Program-made: the position numbers and the translations under genes
In this document: one piece after another, positions 36,604 through 45,071 of the stretch
Layout: each line of letters begins with the position of its first letter
Position numbering within the stretch: the stretch's first letter is position 1
Source: Desulfovibrio sp.
GTDB lineage: Bacteria; Desulfobacterota; Desulfovibrionia; Desulfovibrionales; Desulfovibrionaceae
Length of the DNA stretch: 64,000 bases
NCBI GenBank assembly: GCA_031269345.1
Contig: JAISZH010000031.1
Span: forward strand, 370-64,369
Reading direction: 5' to 3'
Notes under the pieces: model-generated
Databases searched by the model: none
Told to the model about the DNA's origin: nothing
Seen by the model: only the letters and a program-made list of their open reading frames with translations

Positions 36604-37717
36604 AATGCTTGCGCCTGCGTTTTGCTTTTTCCGGTTTACGGTCTCTGGCCAAGCCCTCGACTGGAAAATCAAGTTCGTCATCCTGCAACAAGCCTTCCTC
36701 GCCTTCGAGGGTCGCGTTTTCATTGGCAAAAGCCGCGGCTTCACCGCCCGTTGCGGCCGCGTGGTCATTGTCCTGTGAAATGTTTTCCATCCGGCGCGCA
36801 TCCAACTCTTCCCATTCGTCAAGGCTGAATTCGACTTCCTCGCCATTGTCCTTAAGCGCCGATATGGTGCGGCTGAACATGTTGGTGCGCACAATACGCA
36901 CTATCCCAAGGCGTGTACCGTATCTTTTTCCCGGTTTCGGACAGCTTTTGTTAAAGCTTTCATAACTTTCCTGCTCAAAAGAAAGACAGCAGAGCAAGCG
37001 TCCGCACATACCGGAGAGTTTCACTGGGTTGAGGAACAGATTCTGCTCCTTGGCCATGCGGATAGTCACCGGGGCGAACTTGCGCAGATAGCGGTGGCAG
37101 CAGCAAACCATACCGCAGTTTCCAAGCGCGCCGACCATCTGGGTTTCATGACGCACGCCAATCTGGCGCAATTCAATGCGCGTGCGATAGTTGCGCACCA
37201 AATCCTTCACCAGTTCCCGGAAATCTATACGGGCCGGAGCAGTAAAATAAAAAATAATCTTGCTGCGATCGTGCAGCACTTCCACATCGACCAGCTTCAT
37301 ATCCAGACCGCGGTGTCTGATACAGGTCTTGCAGAAGGCAACGGCTTCCGCCGCCAGTATGGCGTTTTCCGCCCTGCGCGCCACATCTGCGGCAGTTGCC
37401 AGAGAAAGTTCGGCGTTTGGAATGGTTTTCCCCGGAGCGATCCCGGCTGTGTCCCCATAGCTGACGCTTTCAATCTCGCCCAAGGCCTGCCCCTGTTCAA
37501 AAGTCAGCAAAACCCAGCTACCGATGCGCGCTTCCAGCTCTTCGTCGTGAAAGAAAAAAACCTGTCCGCCTCTGCGCAGGCGAATACCCAGAATGCGTTT
37601 GCCCCTGCCCTGCCCCTTGGTCAAAGACAAAGAAAATTCCACCGTTTCTTCCGCAAGAAAAGGCGGCGGCTCAATTTCCACGCGCATTTCCTCATCCGGC
37701 GTCTGACATTTATCCAT
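36602..37717 (-). CDS. PSP1 C-terminal domain protein (RicT/YaaT-like)
   Basis: Conserved PSP1 core (IIFYFTAPARIDFRELVKDLVRNYRTRIELRQIGVRHE..GNCGMVCCCHRYL..GMCGRLLCCLSFE). The start is uncertain (37717 chosen; the ORF is open to 37864). Confidence 0.85.
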   Translation of the reverse strand: MDKCQTPDEEMRVEIEPPPFLAEETVEFSLSLTKGQGRGKRILGIRLRRGGQVFFFHDEELEARIGSWVLLTFEQGQALGEIESVSYGDTAGIAPGKTIPNAELSLATAADVARRAENAILAAEAVAFCKTCIRHRGLDMKLVDVEVLHDRSKIIFYFTAPARIDFRELVKDLVRNYRTRIELRQIGVRHETQMVGALGNCGMVCCCHRYLRKFAPVTIRMAKEQNLFLNPVKLSGMCGRLLCCLSFEQESYESFNKSCPKPGKRYGTRLGIVRIVRTNMFSRTISALKDNGEEVEFSLDEWEELDARRMENISQDNDHAAATGGEAAAFANENATLEGEEGLLQDDELDFPVEGLARDRKPEKAKRRRKH

Positions 37718-37881
37718 AAACGCGCACTTCCACCTTCTCTTTCCCTTTGCCCGCATATCTGCCAATGCGGGAAAAAATCGCCGCAATCCGTCACGGCTTT
37801 GAGGGTATAGATCAGTCTGGTTCCGCTCACCCGGCCCCAAGAAAACTTGCGCCTCATTTGACACGCGCCTCCCGGCGCACA

Positions 37882-37941
37882 GACCGGCACGGCAAAACGC
37901 GGTTTTTGCCGTGTTCGCGCCCCCTTCGACGGCGTGCCGGG
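37882..37941 (+). repeat. Partial copy of repeat family B (3' hairpin module)
   Basis: GACCGGCACGGCAAAACGCGGTTTTTGCCGTGTTCGCGCC.. matches the 3' half of B1 and B2. Confidence 0.75.
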
Positions 37942-37943
37942 AT

Positions 37944-38549
37944 TCAGTCGGGCTTGCCTATGGGATGTACGATTCGAATCTCATAGCCGGCGGAAAGCGT
38001 AAGATCATTTTTAAGAATATCAACCCCGGTGGCCTTGACCACATTGGCGAGACCGGCAGAAGCGCAATAAAGGCCGACATTCTGGTAAACCGAGCCTACA
38101 TGCATGGCGTCGTGCAACCCGCCGGGGGCGGCATAGATCAGGGTCAGGGGGGCGCCGAAGTCTTTGGAGGCATCGCGATCCAGCACTTTCGTCAGGGTAT
38201 GTTTTACCCCGTCATAGCGCCAGACACCCGTACCCATCGCCGCATAGACCTCCACCTGTTGCGAATTCCTGGCCGTGGGCGCGGTGCGCCGCCCGTCCGA
38301 ACGGTTGACGCCGAAAGCCGCCCAGAGCAGATTGCTCAGATCCTTCTGCGCTATGGCCTCATCTTTGAAACCGCGACGGCTTTTGCGTTCGTTCAGGGCC
38401 TTCATCAGCGGCATGCCGCCGGTTTTATCCGGGGGAGGCAGGGCGATGACATCACCTGTGGCCGCTTTTGCGGCATCGGGCAGAGACAGGGCCGGAAACA
38501 AAAATAAAGCCGCCGCCAGAGCCATGACTATAGTCATGTGCATTTTCAT
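37944..38549 (-). CDS. Nitroreductase-fold protein with an N-terminal signal peptide
   Basis: Hydrophobic leader MKMHMTIVMALAAALFLFPALSLPDAAKA, then nitroreductase-family motifs (RKSRRGF, LLWAAFGVNR, RTAPTARN, IYAA). Confidence 0.75.
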   Translation of the reverse strand: MKMHMTIVMALAAALFLFPALSLPDAAKAATGDVIALPPPDKTGGMPLMKALNERKSRRGFKDEAIAQKDLSNLLWAAFGVNRSDGRRTAPTARNSQQVEVYAAMGTGVWRYDGVKHTLTKVLDRDASKDFGAPLTLIYAAPGGLHDAMHVGSVYQNVGLYCASAGLANVVKATGVDILKNDLTLSAGYEIRIVHPIGKPD

Positions 38550-38760
38550 AATCTTTCTCGCTTTTTGTCCATTCGGGGAAATGCCCCGCCCGACAGTTTA
38601 CCAGGAGAGCTGATGGTGTCAACCGGCAGGACATGTGTACGTCCGCCCTCGCTCAACTGCGTCCCTCGATCCGTCACGCTGAAAAGAAAACCTTGTTGTG
38701 TTTGTAAAAACAGGCAGACAATATGAATTTACGAAGACCGTTCCACCAAGAAGGCAGCAT

Positions 38761-38914
38761 GGCCCTTCAGGCCCATGCGTCTTGCGCCTGGGCTGGGTTT
38801 GGACCCCGTCCAGGCTTCCGCCCGCCGCCCGTACGGATACCCCGCCCTTCAGGGCAAGGTCGGGCTATCCGGCCTGAAGGCCGGGGTCTCAAACCGTAAA
38901 GGAAGCTCAGATGA
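38761..38914 (+). repeat. Repeat family E, copy E1 (~155 bp)
   Basis: Roughly 85% identical by eye to 50501-50647, with one 6-nt indel, in the same orientation. Confidence 0.88.
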
Positions 38915-39106
38915 GGTTGAAGAAGTATACACCAATTTCCGCTTCCTTTCAAATACAAAGAAGAGATTGAGATGTGCAAAATCAAACGGTGAAAAGTTAT
39001 ACACCTGTTGAAAAGCCGAGGATGTGAAGACGGGCGCTCGTATCGGCCATATCCTGGTAAGCGCGGCAGGTCAAAATTTGAAGTTGCACATCTGGCCTGA
39101 TCCTAC

Positions 39107-40033
39107 TTACGCCCGGGTCCGGTCAACTATGTGCTGGAAGGTCTCAGCCGCGCCCTGCCCCAGGCTTATGTCTCCCAATGGATAGTCCAGGCCGAGAAAG
39201 GCGTATTTTTGTGTGCCCAGACGGTGATAGGGCAAGGCTTCAAAACCTGCGTTGGCGTGCCTCGCCAGAAAAGCGCCCAAGGCTTTGGCGTTTTCTTCGG
39301 AATCGTTGAAGCCGGGTATGACGGGAGTGCGCACCAGCACAGGCAGATTTGGAAACTTGCAGAGCAGTTTGTTCAGGTTTTCGAGGATGCTTTCGTTGCC
39401 GACCCCGGTGCCTTCCTTGTGCTTCGCGCTGTCCATGTGCTTGACATCGTAAAGGATGGAAGACAGAAGACCTGCCGCTTCGTTCAGGATTTCCCAAGGA
39501 ACGTGACCGCATGTCTCAAGGGCCGTCCGGATTCTTCTTTTCCCGGCCTCGCGCAGCAGCGCCAAGGCAAATGACGGTTGGGCCAGGGGTTCTCCGCCGG
39601 AAAGGGTCATGCCGCCTCCGGACCGACTGTAGAAAACGGAATCCTGCTCCACGGATTCAATGATTTCAGCAACATTTTTCGTCTGGCCGTAAGTGATTAT
39701 CCCCTGCGAAGGGCAGACTGAAGCGCAGACTTGGGTCTCGCAGAACTTGCAGACGTTTCTGTCTATGAAAACACTTTTATCGGGGCCGGGCGAAACGGCA
39801 CTTTTGGGGCAGATGTCGAGGCAGCGCCGACATTTGTCCAAACCGAGGCAGCGGCCCTTGTTATACGCGGGTTGCGGCTTTGCCGATCTGGATTCCGGAT
39901 TGCTGCACCACAGACAGGACAAAGGACAGCCTTTGAGAAAGACTATGGTGCGGATGCCCGGACCGTCATGCACCGAATATTTCTGAACATTGAAAATAAC
40001 GCCGTTTGTCTTTCTGTCTTCAAACGAAGCCAT
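39107..40033 (-). CDS. islB: Glycyl-radical enzyme activating protein (radical SAM), probable IslB/IseH-type
   Basis: CPLSCLWCSNPE radical SAM cluster motif, an auxiliary ferredoxin-like Cys-rich insert (CLGLDKCRRCLDICP, CKFCETQVCASVCP) and a GGEP motif. It lies downstream of the GRE gene. Confidence 0.9.
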   Translation of the reverse strand: MASFEDRKTNGVIFNVQKYSVHDGPGIRTIVFLKGCPLSCLWCSNPESRSAKPQPAYNKGRCLGLDKCRRCLDICPKSAVSPGPDKSVFIDRNVCKFCETQVCASVCPSQGIITYGQTKNVAEIIESVEQDSVFYSRSGGGMTLSGGEPLAQPSFALALLREAGKRRIRTALETCGHVPWEILNEAAGLLSSILYDVKHMDSAKHKEGTGVGNESILENLNKLLCKFPNLPVLVRTPVIPGFNDSEENAKALGAFLARHANAGFEALPYHRLGTQKYAFLGLDYPLGDISLGQGAAETFQHIVDRTRA

Positions 40034-40080
40034 GAATCTTCCTTGGAAAGTAGGGAGGAAAACGGCGCTCTCCCCCTATA

Positions 40081-40226
40081 GCATTTTACTTTTGAGACGA
40101 TGCACCCTGCCCTCTCCAGCTTACGCCCGCTTCGGCGTTTAACAGCGCAAACAAATTGCGCTTACGCCTTCGCGGCGGGCGTCCGCTCTCGCGGCCTCCA
40201 GGGCAATTTCAAAGTGAAATTGTCCT
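40081..40226 (+). repeat. Repeat family A, copy A2
   Basis: See A1. Its terminal hairpin is CCAGGGCAATTTC-aaagt-GAAATTGTCCTGG. Confidence 0.88.
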
Positions 40227-40227
40227 G

Positions 40228-40321
40228 GTGCCATGTATCGCTTAAAACTATGCATCAGCTTTGTTTCAAGCGATAAGATCGCACGGCAATAACCACGGTT
40301 TTTTGCCGTACTCGCGCCGCC
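40228..40321 (+). repeat. Repeat family B, copy B2
   Basis: Matches B1 (20511-20605) and directly abuts A2. Confidence 0.85.
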
Positions 40322-40424
40322 GCGCCCGGGCACAGGAAACCGCATGGACGCAGTTTCCTGCGCAAATTCGAATTACAGCGTGCCGGTCCCCACGGCGGGC
40401 AGATCCCGCCTGCGACTGTTCGGC

Positions 40425-40452
40425 GGCGGGGATTTGCAGGCAAATCCCCGCC
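40425..40452. repeat. 13-bp perfect hairpin GGCGGGGATTTGC-ag-GCAAATCCCCGCC just downstream of the GRE stop
   Basis: Read directly, 24 nt from the GRE stop codon. No U-tract follows on the minus strand. Confidence 0.8.
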
Positions 40453-40475
40453 GGGCGTTTCAAGTGCGAAATGTC

Positions 40476-42974
40476 CTACATGGTTGCATGTCCCGTGCGT
40501 GCGATGAGGTCATTTTGCAGATCCGGGGAAAGATCTACGAAATAGGCGCTGTAGCCGGCTATGCGCACGATCAGGTTGCGGTATCTTTGGGGGTCCTTCT
40601 GCGCTTTGAGCAGGGTTTCCTTGTTGATGACATTGAATTGGATATGCCAGAGTTTCAAATCGCAGTATGTGCGGATGAATGAGACCAGTTTCTCCGTGCC
40701 CGCATCGCCCTCAAGGCATTTTGGCGTGAATTTGATGTTCAGCATGCGGGCCGCCCGATCACGGTAGCCGTAATTCTTCGTCTGGTAGTTGGACAGCAGA
40801 ATTGCGGTAGGGCCGTTGATGTCCGCGCCGTGCGAAGCTGAAGAGCCGTCAGAAAGCGGAAACCAGGACGTGCGCCCGTTAGGGGTCGCGGAAACAACCT
40901 TGCCGAAAGGTACGTGGGAGGTGAAGGGCACATAGCGCAAGTCGTTGTGGATGCCCAGTTCCGCGCTGTATTTTTTGGAGAACTCAAGAGATACGTGGTC
41001 CAGCTCATGGGCCACGGCATCGGAATAGGGGTCGTTGTTCCCGTAGCAGGGGGCGGAGCGCAGGATCTGCTGCACGTCCTCGTAGCCCTCGAAATTGTGC
41101 TCCAGCGCGTCCATGACCTGATCCATGGTCAATTTTTTGCTTTCAAAAACGATTTTTTTGAGGGCTGCAAGGGAATCAGTCACCGTCCCGTAGCCCATGA
41201 ACTCAAAGTAGCCCAGGTTGATGCCCTCGGGGATATGCTCCTGATGCAGGTCTATGCAGTGTTTCATGCACAGGTCGTGCATGGCCGAACCCATGGGCTG
41301 GGCGAAATGCCGGGCGCGTGTCTTGTTGACTATGTACTGCTGGGTGAAGGCGGCGCGCAGGAAAAGCAAATGCTGTTGCAGATAGGCGTTCCAGAGTTCC
41401 TCCCAGGTTTTGAATTGCCTGGCGTCGCCCGTGCGCAGGCCGAGCTGCGTATCGCCGTATTTTTTCATCTTGCCGTCGTAAAGCGCCATTTCCAGGGCCG
41501 CGGCGAAATTGATGTAGGCTCCGCCGGAGGTGTAGGTATCACGGTTGGGCATGCGCGCCTCCGTGCAGCCGGAAACGGCGTAGTCCAGAGCCTCTTCAAA
41601 AGTCGCGCCTTTGGAAACATAGAGCGGCACTACTTCCTCGTCATTGCAGAGTTTTGGAAAACCTGAGCCGTATTTGATGGTTTCGGCGACATCCCAGAGG
41701 AAGCGGTCAGGGGAACGGGAATGGATGCGTGCCGCCAGATCCGGGTAATGCAGCGGAAACTCGCGTTTGGATTTCAGGAAGAGGAGGGTCAGGTCATTGG
41801 TGGCGTCGCGCCCGTCCGGGGTTTGCCCGCCGACGGTTACGGCCTCCCAGTGGGCGTACCCTTCGTTAAAAGCGCCGCCGGCCGGGGAAATATACATGTC
41901 TATGAATTCTGCCATTCCCACCCACATGCATTCCAGCAGCTCCAGTGCCTTTTCCTCGGTGATGCGGCCTTCCTCCAGGTCTTTGGCATAGAAGGGGTAA
42001 AAATATTGGTCCATGCGGCCGTTGGAGATGGTGGTTCCGGTTTTCTGCTCCATGCGGGAGAACATCTGTGTGAACCACTGCGATTGCACGGCCTCATAGA
42101 AGGTGCGCGCCGGGTTGCCGGGCACATATTCGGCGTTTTCCGCCATAAGCAGCAGCTCGGCTTTGCGCGCCGGGTCTTTTTCCTTTGCGGCCGCCTTGCG
42201 GGCCGCCTGCGCGTGACGGCGGGCCCAGAGCACAACGGCCTCGCATACAAGGACCACCGCCTCCAGGAAGGGACGTTTGTCCACCTGATCGACGGGACTT
42301 GCGGGATCAAGAGCCGCGAGCTTTTCTTCCGCTTCTTTCCTGATGCCGTTAAAGCCGCGTTTCAATATCTTTTCGTAGTCGTGCACCCATTGGATGGAAG
42401 AGCGGAAACTGGACGTTTCGTTGACGATGAAACGGGAGATAAGCCCTTCCGGGTCATCGTACGTCAGCTTGTGCACTTCCGGCGGCAGGGCCGCATTGAG
42501 CGCTTCATGGTAGGTCTTGCCCTTCCAGAAGGGGGCGATGCGCCTGATAACGGTTTTCGCGTCTTCCGTGGTGATGGTTGCGGGCGAAGTAGTGCGTGTC
42601 GGCATATCTTCTACGGCCCTGTCCAGAAAGTCCCCATCCAGTTCCGGATAGAGGATGCCGTAGCGTCCGATGCAACCCGCGCGGCCGAGCAGCAACTGGT
42701 CGTCCTGCACGTAAACCGTGATGTTTTTCGCTATGTGCATCATGGCCTTGGCCCAGCGCAGCACCAGGGGCTGGCCCACTGTCTTTTCCATGGACTGGGT
42801 GAAATAAAGAGCCCGCTCAACGTCAATACGGGGTTTTTGTCCCTCAAAGCGTTCCACAAGCCTGAAAACCCGGCTGTGTTCGACGCGGAAGCGGTCTTCA
42901 ACTCCCGCCATCTGGTCCGTAAGACGCTTTTCCTGTGGGGAAAGGCATTCGCATTCGGTAAATTGCAATCTCAT
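40476..42974 (-). CDS. islA: Glycyl radical enzyme of the PFL2/1,2-eliminase clade, probable isethionate sulfite-lyase (IslA/IseG-like)
   Basis: C-terminal glycyl radical motif RIAGYSAYF, a thiyl loop SGCTEA (Cys-x-Glu), and PFL2-type blocks ([48 protein letters not shown]). The ATG at 42974 lies 6 nt behind GGAGG, giving 832 aa. The Arg191/Gln195/Cys470/Glu472/Arg680/Gly807 pattern is discussed in the findings. Confidence 0.85.
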   Translation of the reverse strand: MRLQFTECECLSPQEKRLTDQMAGVEDRFRVEHSRVFRLVERFEGQKPRIDVERALYFTQSMEKTVGQPLVLRWAKAMMHIAKNITVYVQDDQLLLGRAGCIGRYGILYPELDGDFLDRAVEDMPTRTTSPATITTEDAKTVIRRIAPFWKGKTYHEALNAALPPEVHKLTYDDPEGLISRFIVNETSSFRSSIQWVHDYEKILKRGFNGIRKEAEEKLAALDPASPVDQVDKRPFLEAVVLVCEAVVLWARRHAQAARKAAAKEKDPARKAELLLMAENAEYVPGNPARTFYEAVQSQWFTQMFSRMEQKTGTTISNGRMDQYFYPFYAKDLEEGRITEEKALELLECMWVGMAEFIDMYISPAGGAFNEGYAHWEAVTVGGQTPDGRDATNDLTLLFLKSKREFPLHYPDLAARIHSRSPDRFLWDVAETIKYGSGFPKLCNDEEVVPLYVSKGATFEEALDYAVSGCTEARMPNRDTYTSGGAYINFAAALEMALYDGKMKKYGDTQLGLRTGDARQFKTWEELWNAYLQQHLLFLRAAFTQQYIVNKTRARHFAQPMGSAMHDLCMKHCIDLHQEHIPEGINLGYFEFMGYGTVTDSLAALKKIVFESKKLTMDQVMDALEHNFEGYEDVQQILRSAPCYGNNDPYSDAVAHELDHVSLEFSKKYSAELGIHNDLRYVPFTSHVPFGKVVSATPNGRTSWFPLSDGSSASHGADINGPTAILLSNYQTKNYGYRDRAARMLNIKFTPKCLEGDAGTEKLVSFIRTYCDLKLWHIQFNVINKETLLKAQKDPQRYRNLIVRIAGYSAYFVDLSPDLQNDLIARTGHATM

Positions 42975-43130
42975 CTTCATCCTCCGATCATTTTCCCCAG
43001 CCGCGCCAAACGCGGACGGAAGGTTACAGATATTTTTATGCAATCCGCTGAGCAACTCCCATGCCAGTTTCATTTATCCCACATATTCCGCGCGGTTTTC
43101 CGCCATGAAACGGCTTTCGGGGCATGTCAA

Positions 43131-43266
43131 CTTTGAGATTACAGCCTGGCTTTCTCCGTTCTGCGCCCGCTCCGGCGTTCAACAGCACAAATAAATTGCG
43201 CTTGCGCCTTCCCGGCTGGCGTCCGCTCTAGCGGCCGCCGGAGCAATTTCAAAGTGAAAGTGCCAG
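43131..43266 (+). repeat. Repeat family A, copy A3 (more diverged)
   Basis: See A1. It lies between the TSUP gene stop and the GRE start. Confidence 0.8.
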
Positions 43267-43346
43267 GAGAAACAATTTTTGCATCGACAAACCGCGTATG
43301 TCTTTCGACTTTTCCCGTGTTGCATTTTTGCATCGCTTGACGGCCT

Positions 43347-44093
43347 CTACTCCAGGACGCCCCGCGCGGCAATGAGCAGGCCGATGACGAGGCAGAACCA
43401 GGTCACATATTTTTTCAGGCTGTCCAAAGGAAGGTTGTGCGCAACGCGCACCCCCAGCGCTACCCCGACCAGTTCGCAGACCGTCACCCACCAGACCAGG
43501 GGAAAGACGATGAAGCCGTTGCTGTAGTTGCTCAGCGAGCCCGCGGCCGAGACAAAGGATTGCAAGACCTGGGCGGTGCCTATGCAGGGCAGGACGGCGT
43601 ACCCGAAAAGCAGCATGACCGGGGTCGAGACAATGCCGCCGCCAGCCCCGGTCATGCCGCAGAGAAAGCCGGTGAACAGGCCGATACACATGAGCAGGAG
43701 AAAATTTCCCCGCGCGTCCAATCTGTCCGCAAAGCGCGCGCCTTTTGCCGGACGCAGGGAATAGAGGCTTGAGAGGATGACTATGCCTGCGAGCAACAGG
43801 GAAAGGGCCGGTGAGGAGAGGCGTGCGTTCACGGACGCCCCGGCATAGCTGCTTGCCAGACTTCCGACCAGTACCGGGACGGTCGTTTTCCAGTGGATGC
43901 TGCCATAGCGCTGGAAGATATAAGTGGCGATTATGCCGGTGAAAAAAAAGCTGAACAGGGCGGTGGCCATGGCCTGGTGCGTGGAAAGACCGCCAAAGAA
44001 CATGAGTGCGGGAATAAGCAGCACACCGCCGACTCCGCCGGCCCCGATGATGAAGCCTATGAACAGGGAGGACAGGGCCAGCGGCATGTACAT
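43347..44093 (-). CDS. TSUP-family membrane protein (TauE/SafE-type, putative sulfite/sulfonate anion exporter)
   Basis: 248-aa protein with ~8 TM helices, an internal two-fold repeat and Gly-rich motifs (GAGGVGGVLLIPAL, GMTGAGGGIVSTPVML). Confidence 0.8.
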   Translation of the reverse strand: MYMPLALSSLFIGFIIGAGGVGGVLLIPALMFFGGLSTHQAMATALFSFFFTGIIATYIFQRYGSIHWKTTVPVLVGSLASSYAGASVNARLSSPALSLLLAGIVILSSLYSLRPAKGARFADRLDARGNFLLLMCIGLFTGFLCGMTGAGGGIVSTPVMLLFGYAVLPCIGTAQVLQSFVSAAGSLSNYSNGFIVFPLVWWVTVCELVGVALGVRVAHNLPLDSLKKYVTWFCLVIGLLIAARGVLE

Positions 44094-44159
44094 GAGTTTT
44101 CCCGGCGTTTTTTCGGAGCGTTGTTTGCTGACGTTTCCCCGGGCGTTTGTCTTGTCCGC

Positions 44160-45071
44160 TCATTGGAACGAACGGACATAAGGCACAAAGGGCAGAGGCG
44201 TTCCGATTACGGAAGAGTGCGGCTTGGCCGCGCGTGTTGCGGATTTGTCCAATATGCGGGCGGCGTTTTCGTACATGACCTTGCGCCGCACCGTGTCCGT
44301 CAGGTTCATCTTGTTGTAGATATCAATGGCTTCGGCCTGTTCCACAAAGGGATGCGCGCTGGCGAAGACGACCTTGTCGCTGATGGCGGTATTGAGCGCC
44401 TGCACGTAAAGCTCGCCCATGGGAGCAAGCTCGTACTCGGAGAGGTCCATGTAGACATTGGCGTTGCGCATGCAGGCAAAAATGGCTTCGTTCACGAACG
44501 GATAGCCGCCGTGGCTCATGATGATGGTCAGTTCCGGAAAATCCCTGGCCACTATGTCCACATGGCGCGGATCAACGTAGTCAATGACGGCGCGCGGCAC
44601 CTGAGGCGGCGGGGCCATGGTGATGAACACCGGCACGCCCAGTTCCGCGCATTTGGTATACACCGGATAGTAGCGCGCCTCATGCGGCGGGATATGGGCA
44701 AGGTAGGGGTCGGTGGCGATGCCGCGCATGCCGAATTTTTCCACAACGCGGTTGATCTCGTATACGGCCTTCATACCCTTGTGCGGATCTATGCCCCAGA
44801 AGCCCACGAAAATATCCGGGCGGGCGCGTGCGAATTCCAGCACACTGTCGTTGTTTGACGGGAAACAATAGGTGGTTTCGCAGTCGCGTCCGGTGATCAC
44901 CGCAAGTTCCACACCGCGTTTTTTCAAGCCTTCCACCACCTCAGGCAGAGATTGGGGGATTCGCCTGTCGAAATTGATGGCTTCGCAGGTGGCTTTGAAC
45001 ATGGAACTATTCTTGATGCCGTTAATTATTTCCGGGGTGTGGGGCCGGAAACGGAAATCAATGATTTTCAT
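44160..45071 (-). CDS. Amidohydrolase-2 (PF04909-like TIM barrel) fold protein lacking the N-terminal HxH metal motif
   Basis: MKIIDFRFRP.. occupies the position where this family normally has IDxHxH. Later blocks are typical (VFITMAPP, IIMSHGGYP, YENAARIL). It overlaps the upstream ATPase gene by 14 nt. Confidence 0.7.
   Translation of the reverse strand: MKIIDFRFRPHTPEIINGIKNSSMFKATCEAINFDRRIPQSLPEVVEGLKKRGVELAVITGRDCETTYCFPSNNDSVLEFARARPDIFVGFWGIDPHKGMKAVYEINRVVEKFGMRGIATDPYLAHIPPHEARYYPVYTKCAELGVPVFITMAPPPQVPRAVIDYVDPRHVDIVARDFPELTIIMSHGGYPFVNEAIFACMRNANVYMDLSEYELAPMGELYVQALNTAISDKVVFASAHPFVEQAEAIDIYNKMNLTDTVRRKVMYENAARILDKSATRAAKPHSSVIGTPLPFVPYVRSFQ

Noticed and set aside
38761-38914. 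Repeat E as a riboswitch or known small RNA (it is highly structured and ends with AAGGAAGCTCAGATG, which looks like an RBS plus start codon).
   Set aside because: I could not match it to any riboswitch or RNA family consensus I know. The ORFs that follow the ATG differ completely between the two copies (19 aa versus a long antisense ORF). It is kept only as a repeat.
38775-39011. This 78-aa ORF and the 139-aa ORF at 50391-50810 share the peptide LQG.VGLSGLKAGV.NRKGSSDE.
   Set aside because: The shared peptide is simply repeat family E read in one frame. The flanks are unrelated, the second ORF runs antisense into the Fur-family gene, and there is no coding-like context.
40476-42974. An alternative reading of the GRE as a benzylsuccinate-synthase-type or arylacetate-decarboxylase-type enzyme.
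   Set aside because: No small-subunit genes are adjacent. The Cys-x-Glu thiyl loop and the Arg/Gln/Arg pattern fit the eliminase/IslA-type better.
42975-43073. The longer N-terminal extension of the GRE ORF. Similar 5' extensions occur on the binding protein ORF (to 50027), the zrgD ORF (to 52243), the zrgB ORF (to 54056), the permease ORF (to 46991), the Jag ORF (to 58497) and the Rho ORF (from 62032).
   Set aside because: The extensions have non-coding-like composition, overlap upstream genes or repeats, and internal starts with good RBS spacing give family-typical N-termini.
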